In this document: piece after piece, positions 24,688 through 34,534 of the stretch
How the letters are laid out: each line of letters opens with the position of its first letter
How positions within the stretch are numbered: position 1 is the first letter of the stretch
Assembly: GCA_046331705.1 (NCBI GenBank)
Contig: JAXLQJ010000003.1
Coordinates: forward strand, 214,897 to 278,896
DNA: 64,000 bases
Direction: 5' to 3'
Source: a bacterium
GTDB lineage: Bacteria > JADJOY01
Made by a program: the position numbers and the translations under genes
The notes under the pieces: generated by a model
Seen by the model: only the letters and a program-made list of their open reading frames with translations
What the model was told of the DNA's origin: nothing
Databases searched by the model: none

Positions 24688-27165
24688 TCAGGTCGCCATG
24701 TCGCCGAGCTGGCTTCCGCCCGCGAGCGTGGCGAGGCGCGCGCACGCGACCGCGGCCTGCCCCACGGCGAGCCCGGCGTCGGTGGCCGGTATGCGCTCGG
24801 CGACGAGCACGGAAAGCCCGTCCGACTCGAGCCGATGCTTCAACGATTCCAAAAGGATGCGGTGTACGGTCGCGTTCCCCGACAGGGCCACCGTGGTCAC
24901 CCCGGTGAAGCGCGAGAGACGGGATGCCGCGTCGCCCACGCGGCCCGCGAGCGCGTGTAGAAACGCGAGCGCGATGTGACCTGGATCACGCCCCATCAGG
25001 CGCTCGCGAACCACGTCTCGAATGAGCGGCAGCGTGTCGATGATCGCGAGCGGAATCGCTGCGTGCATGGCGTCGTCACTCGTCGGTGACGATGGCGAGT
25101 TGCGCGTTACGGCACCTTCGGCGGCGAAGGCACTCTCCCCCGGGCCCAGTGCCCGCCGCGCCAGTGCGTCGAGCCTGCGCGCGGGTTCGCCGTCGTAGCC
25201 GCTGCTGCGCGCGAGCCCGAGGATCGCGGCCACGGCGTCGAGCAGCCGCGCGCACGAGGTCGTACGCGGTGCCGCGCGCTCGCCGCGCCGCGATTGGGCT
25301 CGCACCGACGCCAGCACCGCCGGCCCCACCCCGTCGACGACACCGAGCGCCTCGGCCAGCGCGCGATCGGGAAACGCCGCCTCGAGCGCCGACACCGCCA
25401 TCCGCCACGGCTCCCGCAGCGACGCCTCGCCTCCCGGCATCGTGAGCGGCGTGAAGCGCGCCACGCGCCGGCAATCGCGCAGATCTCCGAGCAGGATCTC
25501 GCCGCCCCACAGCGTGCCGTCGGGCCCCACCGCCGCGTCGTCGAGAACGATGCCCAGCACGGCATCGCGAACCCCGTGATCGACGAGCACGCCCGCGAGG
25601 TGCGCGTGATGGTGCTGCACGCCGAGATCCGGCACACCGAGCTCGAGCGCCAGCCGCGTGCTCACGCAATCGGGCTCCAGATCGTGCACGACCAGGTCGG
25701 GCCACACGTCCAGGATGCGCGCGTGGTGTGCGACGCTCGCCACCAGCTCGCCCATGGCGTCCCCGTCGTGAAGGTCGCCCACGTGCGGCAAGAGATGTGC
25801 GCGCCCGCCGCCTGCGAGGACCGGGGCGTTGTCTCGATCCCCCCCGATCGCCAGCACGTTCGTCCGTCCCTCCGGCAGCGCGAACGAGGCCGGCGTCGCG
25901 CCACGACCGAGACGGAGCGGCCGCGGCTTGCCAGCCAGGGGAGCGAGCACGGAATCCACCTGGCGGCGCGCCACCGGCCGATCGTGGATCAGGTAGGCAT
26001 CGGCGACGCCGCCTCCGCTCGTGGGCGCAGCGCCGTCGCCGACCCGCAGCGACGGATGCGCGCCCGGCGCCGCGGCCAGCGCGCACACCCGCGCTTCCGC
26101 GAGCAGCAACACCTCGAGCGGCGTGCTGGGCAGCATGACGCCGATCTCGCCCAGCCCCGGTGCCAGCGCAGCCGCGACGCCGCTCGACTCGCGAAGCGGC
26201 AGCACCACCATCGGCCGCGTCGCTCCCTCGAGCGCCGCGCGATGCTCGCCCACGTCCACGATGGCGCGCGCACGCCGCAGATCCGCCACCACGACCGCGA
26301 ACGGCTCGGTCGGCCGGCCGGTCCGCTCGCGCAGCCGCGCGACCGCAGCCGCGCTGGTCGCATCCACCATCCAGCGAACGGCGCCGTAGCTCTCCACCCC
26401 CACGATCGCGCCACGCCGGAGCAAGCCCGCCGCCGCGCGCAACGGGTCGTCGCGACGGCGCACGCGCTGGCCGAGCTCGCGGTGAGCGGGCTCGGGAAGC
26501 ACCAACCGCAGGCTGGGGCCGCATTCGGGGCACGCGACGTTCTGCGCGTGGAAGCGACGGTCCGTCGGGTTCGCGTATTCCGCGCGACAGCGCGCGCACG
26601 GCTCGAATCGGTCCATCGTGGTGCGGCAGCGATCGTAGGGAAGCTCGACGAGGATCGACGAGCGCGGACCGCACGCGGCGCATTGGGTGAACGCGTAGCG
26701 ATGGCGTCGGTCGCCGGGGTCGAGGATCTCGCGCGCGCACGCGGCGCAGATCGGCCGGTCGGGCGGCATCTCGACGGCCCGCTCGCCGAGCACGCTCGCG
26801 GCGATCCGGAAATCGCGCTCGAGGCCGGGCGGTCGGATCGTGGAGCGCGCCGCGTCGAGCCGCGCGCCTTCGGGTGCCTCGCGCGCCAGCGCCGCCGCGA
26901 ACGACTCGGCGCGTTCGATCCGTCCCTGGACCTCGATCTCCGTCCCCGAGCCCCGATGGCGCACGAATCCCGTGAGCCCGTGGGCCGCGGCAAGCCGCTG
27001 CACGAACGCTCGGAAACCCACGCCTTGAACGAGGCCCTCGATCTCGATCCGGCGGCGCGTTCGCAGGCCGACCGCCGGCGTGCGCTCACCGCCAGGCGCA
27101 GGCCGCGCGGCGCCCGAGGCGAAGCGCGGATCAGCAGGCGGCACGTCCGACGCTCGTCGAGTCAC
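24688..27165 (-). CDS. hypF: [NiFe]-hydrogenase maturation carbamoyltransferase HypF
   Basis: Acylphosphatase-like N-terminus (GLVQGVGFRAFV), two Zn-finger pairs (CAACAREI..., CPECGP), YrdC-like and Kae1-like domains. Proposed GTG start at 27165 overlaps the TGA of the upstream hydrogenase gene (GTGA). Confidence 0.85.
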   Translation of the reverse strand: MTRRASDVPPADPRFASGAARPAPGGERTPAVGLRTRRRIEIEGLVQGVGFRAFVQRLAAAHGLTGFVRHRGSGTEIEVQGRIERAESFAAALAREAPEGARLDAARSTIRPPGLERDFRIAASVLGERAVEMPPDRPICAACAREILDPGDRRHRYAFTQCAACGPRSSILVELPYDRCRTTMDRFEPCARCRAEYANPTDRRFHAQNVACPECGPSLRLVLPEPAHRELGQRVRRRDDPLRAAAGLLRRGAIVGVESYGAVRWMVDATSAAAVARLRERTGRPTEPFAVVVADLRRARAIVDVGEHRAALEGATRPMVVLPLRESSGVAAALAPGLGEIGVMLPSTPLEVLLLAEARVCALAAAPGAHPSLRVGDGAAPTSGGGVADAYLIHDRPVARRQVDSVLAPLAGKPRPLRLGRGATPASFALPEGRTNVLAIGGDRDNAPVLAGGGRAHLLPHVGDLHDGDAMGELVASVAHHARILDVWPDLVVHDLEPDCVSTRLALELGVPDLGVQHHHAHLAGVLVDHGVRDAVLGIVLDDAAVGPDGTLWGGEILLGDLRDCRRVARFTPLTMPGGEASLREPWRMAVSALEAAFPDRALAEALGVVDGVGPAVLASVRAQSRRGERAAPRTTSCARLLDAVAAILGLARSSGYDGEPARRLDALARRALGPGESAFAAEGAVTRNSPSSPTSDDAMHAAIPLAIIDTLPLIRDVVRERLMGRDPGHIALAFLHALAGRVGDAASRLSRFTGVTTVALSGNATVHRILLESLKHRLESDGLSVLVAERIPATDAGLAVGQAAVACARLATLAGGSQLGDMAT

Positions 27166-29057
27166 GGCGCCCCACCGGTGGAGTCGATCGCCGTCACCAC
27201 CGCGGTGCACCAGCGCTCGAGCTCGGCGTCGGACGCGTGCGTGGCATCGGCGCCCTCGCCGATCGCGAGCCCCACGAACCACGCCCGACGCGGCATGCGC
27301 CCGAGCGCACCCATCAACGCCACCCCTTCGGCGACACCGAAGCCGTGCGTCGACGTCACGGTCATCGGGTGCGCGCCGTCGCGCACCGCATCGAGAGGCC
27401 AGCGCACCACCGCGCCGCGCTCACCGCCGCGCACGGCGTCGACCACGATCAACGAGTCGCACCCAGCCGCGAGCTCGGCGAGCTCCGGCCCGGGCTCGCC
27501 GGTCGTCACGATCTCGAGCGCCGGCGCGCCGGGCTCGCTAGCCTCGCGCTCACGCAGCCGCTGAGCCACGACGAGACCCAGCCGATCCGCGCCACTCGCA
27601 CTCCCGACGCACAGCACGCGTACCGAGCGGGCCGCGAGCGAGATCGGATCCGCGGCGCGCGAGACCATCCCCGTGGGCGCGCTCGCGTCGTCCCCGTGGG
27701 CCGCGACTCGCTCGCGGTCACCGTCGCCGGCGATCCGCTCCGCGGCGCCCGCGGCAGGAAGTCGATCGATCGTGAGCGTCAAGAAATGCGTCGCGCACGA
27801 GATGCACGGGTCGTAGTTCCGGATCACCACCTCACACGCGTGGGTCGCGTCGGCATGCGCGAGCTCGAGCAGATCGGGCGCGAGATCGCGCAGGTCGCGC
27901 TCGATGGTCGCCTGATTCTGCGAGGTCGGCGGCACGATGCGGACGCTCTTCACGAGCCCCTCGTCGTCGAGCTCGAAGCGATGGAAGAGCGTTCCGCGCG
28001 GCGCCTCGGTCGCGCCGTACCCCACGCCCGCGCGGGGCGCGGCGGCGACGTACGGGACCTCGGGCGGCCGATACGCGGTCACGATGCGCAGCGCCTCCTC
28101 CACCGCGAAGAGCAGCTCGAGGCTCCGCGCGATGGCACCTTGCGCGGGATCGACGCACGGCACCGTGAAGCCGATCGCACGCGCGGCGCTCCGCGCCGTC
28201 TCGCCGAGCTTGTCGAAGGCGAGGCTCACCCGCGCGATCGGACCCACCAGGTAGGCACCGCGGCCGCGGATGCGCGCGTGAAGCGCCGTGGAATGCTCGA
28301 CCTGCACCTCCTCGAAGGTCTGCTCCCAATCGGCGACCGCCACGTCCAGACCGGCCGACGACACGAGCCGCCCTTCGTTGAGCGGGTACTCGCGGGGATG
28401 CCACAACGACACCAGCTCGACGTCGTCCAGCCGGCGGGGCCGGACCTCGAAGCGCACGACCCACGCCAAGAGCTCGAGGGCGCGCTCGCGCGCCCGCTCC
28501 AGCTCGGGCAGCAGCGCGTTCAGCTCGGCGCGGGTCGGCACCCGCGTGAAGCCGCCGGGACGAGCCGAGACCGGATGGATCGCGCGCCCGCCCAGCACCT
28601 CCAGGAGGCGGTTGCCGAGGCGACGCAGCGCCAGCGCCCGCTCCACGTCCGCGGGATGATCGGCGGCCATCTCGACGACGCTCGGATAACCCAATGCGTC
28701 GGGCGCCGCGAGCATCGCCACGTGCAGCGCGTGGCTCTCGATCCACTCGCCGCAGTAGAAGAGCCGGCGCAGCTCGCGCACCTCGGGCGAGATCGCGACG
28801 CCGAGGATCGACTCGAGCGCGTGGAGCGCGCTCATCTGATACGCGACCGGGCAGATGCCGCAGATCCGCGCCACGATGTCCGCCACTTCCAGGTAGCTGC
28901 GCCCCCGCAGCAATCCCTCGAAGAAGCGCGGCGGCTCGTGGATCGTGAGCCGCGCCTCGCGCACCACGCCACCCTCGATGGTCAAGTGGAGCGCGCCCTC
29001 GCCTTCCACGCGCGCGAGGTGCTCGACGCGGATGGTGCGTCGCTCACGCGAGGCCAT
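27162..29057 (-). CDS. [NiFe]-hydrogenase large (alpha) subunit, group 3b-like, fused in-frame to a hydrogenase maturation endopeptidase-like domain
   Basis: N-terminal L1 motif RICGICPVAY. L2 motif DPCISCATH at about residue 416-424. About 40-aa linker, then a HycI/HoxW-like segment (VRVLCVGSASGADRLG..., DSLIVVDAV, STHGFG). One uninterrupted 631-aa ORF. Confidence 0.85.
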   Translation of the reverse strand: MASRERRTIRVEHLARVEGEGALHLTIEGGVVREARLTIHEPPRFFEGLLRGRSYLEVADIVARICGICPVAYQMSALHALESILGVAISPEVRELRRLFYCGEWIESHALHVAMLAAPDALGYPSVVEMAADHPADVERALALRRLGNRLLEVLGGRAIHPVSARPGGFTRVPTRAELNALLPELERARERALELLAWVVRFEVRPRRLDDVELVSLWHPREYPLNEGRLVSSAGLDVAVADWEQTFEEVQVEHSTALHARIRGRGAYLVGPIARVSLAFDKLGETARSAARAIGFTVPCVDPAQGAIARSLELLFAVEEALRIVTAYRPPEVPYVAAAPRAGVGYGATEAPRGTLFHRFELDDEGLVKSVRIVPPTSQNQATIERDLRDLAPDLLELAHADATHACEVVIRNYDPCISCATHFLTLTIDRLPAAGAAERIAGDGDRERVAAHGDDASAPTGMVSRAADPISLAARSVRVLCVGSASGADRLGLVVAQRLREREASEPGAPALEIVTTGEPGPELAELAAGCDSLIVVDAVRGGERGAVVRWPLDAVRDGAHPMTVTSTHGFGVAEGVALMGALGRMPRRAWFVGLAIGEGADATHASDAELERWCTAVVTAIDSTGGAP

Positions 29058-29820
29058 CGGCCACCTCTCGGAACGGACGCAGGGCGCCGGTGATGCCGCG
29101 GAACTGACGCGCCACGTCCGCAGCGGGGATGCCCATCGCGACGTAGCGATTCGCCAGGGTGCGCGGCTCGGCGCCTTCGCTGGGACCGAAGCAGCCGTAG
29201 CAATCGCGACCCATGGATGGGCAGAGCGCGCCGCAACCGGTGCGCGTGACCGGTCCCAGGCACGGCAGGCCGCGCGTCACCACCACGCAGGTGCGGCCGA
29301 GCCGCTTGCAGTCGAGACAGAGATCGTGAGTCGGCAGATGCGGTCGCACGCCGCGCAGCACCTGGCCGAGCACCGTCGCCAGCTCGCCGGCGTCGATCGG
29401 ACAACCCGAGATCTCGAAGTCGACCTTCACGTGCTCGGCGATGGGCGTCGACGTGGAGAGAGCCTGGATCCACTCGGGACGCGGATAGACGAGGCGCTTC
29501 CACGCCTCGACGTCCGCCCAGTTGCGCAACGCCTGAATCCCGCCCGCGGTCGCGCACGCGCCGATCGTCACCAGCGTGCGCGAGGCACGACGGATCTCGA
29601 GGATGCGCTCGACGTCGGCGGCGGTGGTGACGCTGCCCTCGACGAAGCCGAGCTCGTAAGGTCCCTCGAGGACGCGGCTCGACGCCTCGAGGAAGTGGGC
29701 GATCTCGACCTGACGCGCGAGCTCGAGCAGCCGCTCCTCCAGGTTCAGGAACGCCACCTGGCAACCGTCGCAGGACGCGAGCTTGAAGAGCGCGACCCGC
29801 GGGCGCGACGCGGCAGCCAT
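29044..29820 (-). CDS. [NiFe]-hydrogenase small (delta) subunit, group 3b type
   Basis: ALFKLASCDGCQ, IGACATAGG, CLDCKRLGRTCVVVTRGLPCLGPVTRTGCGALCP Cys motifs like sulfhydrogenase HydD. ATG 29820 overlaps the TGA of the gamma subunit (ATGA). Confidence 0.9.
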   Translation of the reverse strand: MAAASRPRVALFKLASCDGCQVAFLNLEERLLELARQVEIAHFLEASSRVLEGPYELGFVEGSVTTAADVERILEIRRASRTLVTIGACATAGGIQALRNWADVEAWKRLVYPRPEWIQALSTSTPIAEHVKVDFEISGCPIDAGELATVLGQVLRGVRPHLPTHDLCLDCKRLGRTCVVVTRGLPCLGPVTRTGCGALCPSMGRDCYGCFGPSEGAEPRTLANRYVAMGIPAADVARQFRGITGALRPFREVADGLA

Positions 29821-30646
29821 CAGAACCCCTCCGCGCCGAACCAGCGCCGCACCTCGGGATACGCGACGATCGGTCCGTCGCGGCACACGAACAGCGAGCC
29901 GATCTGGCAATGCCCGCAATGCCCCAGGCCGCAGCGCATGTTGCGCTCGAGCGAGAGGTAGATGGAGGCCGGATCGAGGCCCGCGAGCCGCAGCTTCTGG
30001 ATCGCGAGCCGCATCATGATCTCGGGCCCGCACATCAGCACCGCCGTGCGGCCGGGCTCGACCTCGATCTCGTCGAAGAGATCGAGCGGCACGCCCACGT
30101 GATACCGCCAGGTCTTGTCCGGCCGATCGACGGTGAGCAGCACCCGCGTGTTGGGCGTGTCCTTCCAGCGATCGAAGCGCTCGCGATAGAGCAAGTCCTG
30201 GGGCGTCTTCACGCCGTGCACGATCGTCAGCCGGCCATAGGACGCGCGCCGGCGGATCATGTACTCGACGGCGCCCCTCACCGGAGCGCAACCCAGGCCG
30301 CCGGTCACCACCACCACGTCGTGACCGACGATGGCGTCGAGCGGCCACGGCTTGCCGTAGGGACCGCGCAGCCCCAGCACGTCGCCCTTCTCCACCGATT
30401 CGAGGGCGCTGGTGATGCGCCCCACGATCCGCACCGTGTGGTCGAAGCCGTCGCGGTCGGCGGGATCGGACGAGATCGAGATCGGCACCTCGCCCGCCCC
30501 GAAGACGTACAGCATGTTGAACTGGCCGGGCTGGAACGCGAAGCGCTCGTGGACGGCGGGGTCCACGAAACGCATGCGGAACGTGAAGATCCCCTCGGCG
30601 TCGGGCCGCTTCTCGACGATTCGCGCCGGGTGGATGCGGTACGGGT

Positions 30647-30650
<4 letters not shown>
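29820..30650 (-). CDS. Hydrogenase gamma subunit (FAD/NAD(P)-binding, [2Fe-2S])
   Basis: Oxidoreductase FAD/NAD-binding fold and C-terminal CGLGHCGHCQ motif like HydG. GTG start at 30650 overlaps the TGA of the beta subunit. Confidence 0.85.
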
Positions 30651-31750
<1,100 letters not shown>

Positions 31751-31793
31751 GGCCAGAGGCGCTGCGACGGACTCGAGCGGCGCCCCCGGTCCT

Positions 31794-31812
31794 GGTGCAA
31801 TCCACACACCGG
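31794..31812 (-). promoter_or_regulatory. Candidate sigma-54 (-24/-12) promoter for hydrogenase operon
   Basis: Minus-strand reading gives cCGGtgtgtggaTTGCAcc: GG-N10-GC spacing with an exact TTGCA -12 element and a weak -24 element. About 45 nt upstream of hydB ATG. Confidence 0.25.
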
Positions 31813-32129
31813 CACGGGAAGACCGCTGCGGCTCGGCCGCCCGCGACGCGGTCGATCGGATTCCATTCGCGCCCATTCCCTCCGGCTGCGCGCTTCCGCC
31901 CAGACGTCGAGGACGCGACCGCAGGATTCGCTTCGGTGCGTGGGCGAATGCCGCTGGCCCGCCCCGCGCCGGCGCGAGCGCCACCGAACGCCAACGGGAC
32001 CGGGATCACGCGCTCGCGGCGCGCGCGGTCGCGCGAAACCGATAGCCGGATTCCCGGACAGGGTCGGCGACAATTCCGCGGGTGGGTGTCGTTCGCGTGA
32101 GCGGATCGGATCCCTTGGACGGCCAAACA

Positions 32130-32172
32130 CGTAACGGGCTCGTAACGGGCATAGCCAACGCGTTACCCTGCA
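32130..32172. promoter_or_regulatory. Repeat triad: CGTAACGGGC x2 (tandem) plus inverted GTTACCC copy
   Basis: cgtaacgggc t cgtaacgggc atagccaacgc gttaccctgc. About 380 nt upstream of the hydrogenase operon start, between it and the divergent/adjacent genes. Confidence 0.4.
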
Positions 32173-32226
32173 TCGCCCCCGCGAGGATCGAGCGCGGCTT
32201 CGCTCGGTGACGAGGGTGACCCGCCA

Positions 32227-32877
32227 TCACCGCAAGCCCTGCGAGCTTCCGTGCGCTACCAACAACCGATGGTCCTCGGCGAGCGTCGCCAGGAGGTAGC
32301 GACCGACGCGCGAATAGCGAGGCGCATCACCGAGATCGGTGAGCGCGCGCCCCAATTCTCCCAGACAATCGCCTGCATGTACGCCCAAGAGCTTGACCTG
32401 GACGTCGGTTGCGCTGGCCGCCTCGAGGATCCTCCCATCGCCCAGATAGCGCGCGGTGATCCCCGCGAGATTGGCGAGCAGCAACGCTTCGCGCGGCCGG
32501 GTCCCGTCGAGCGGCAACGCGACCAAGGCGGCGGCGTCGTGTCGCGCCTGTGCGGCAGCGTCCTTGCACACCAGCGACACCTGTGCGTTCCGGTCGTGCA
32601 GCCAAGCCCTGAACTCCTTCGACCATTGCTTCGCAGCGCCAGGTTCGAGGATGTCCAGCAGATCGTCGGTCTCTGCCGTCGCCCTCGCATGGCCTCCTCT
32701 CGTCCATCGATCCCTGAGCGATCGCAGGCGCTCCGGGGTGGGTGCCTCCGCGGTCAGCTCACCGACCACGGCGTACGCGCGGGCACGGTGCTGGTGGAAG
32801 GCGACCAGAGCGCGAGGGCTACCGAGCGGCACGGTGGGTGGGGTTGCCAAGGTTTCTCTCGAATGAAGGATGAACAT
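32227..32877 (-). CDS. Hypothetical protein
   Basis: 216-aa ORF (MFILHSRETLATPP...) with high GC3 and no recognisable domain. Divergent from the NtrC-family regulator. Confidence 0.5.
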   Translation of the reverse strand: MFILHSRETLATPPTVPLGSPRALVAFHQHRARAYAVVGELTAEAPTPERLRSLRDRWTRGGHARATAETDDLLDILEPGAAKQWSKEFRAWLHDRNAQVSLVCKDAAAQARHDAAALVALPLDGTRPREALLLANLAGITARYLGDGRILEAASATDVQVKLLGVHAGDCLGELGRALTDLGDAPRYSRVGRYLLATLAEDHRLLVAHGSSQGLR

Positions 32878-32954
32878 GGTGCTCGGCACTGGAATCAAGT
32901 CGCGTGCCGGAGCCCGAAGGCATCGAGCGGGATGCCTGGATACGAGGGGATGCG

Positions 32955-34340
<1,386 letters not shown>

Positions 34341-34474
34341 TCCGCCGCTCCCCCGGCACCGAGCGCGCCGTGCGGGCGCGCTGGCCGCTCCGTGCGCGTT
34401 CGCGCCCTCGGTGGCGTGCTCGGCCCGACCTCGCGCGCCATCGCCTCGGCACGGATCGGCGCGGAAAAGAGCGC

Positions 34475-34511
34475 GCGCAGAGCGCGTGATATCGTACGCC
34501 GCGCTCTGCGC
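34475..34511. promoter_or_regulatory. Perfect 12-bp inverted repeat (GCGCAGAGCGCG-N13-CGCGCTCTGCGC)
   Basis: Lies between the regulator stop (34340) and ATG 34535. The loop contains GATATC. Confidence 0.5.
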
Positions 34512-34534
34512 CCTCACCATCACGAGGTCAGGTC

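Noticed and set aside
24688-29961. HypF ORF start at 27282, and the 27237..29093 + and 28945..29961 + ORFs
   Set aside because: The first 39 codons of the hypF ORF overlap the hydrogenase large-subunit gene. A GTG at 27165 in a GTGA overlap is the more plausible start. The plus-strand ORFs are antisense to hydrogenase genes.
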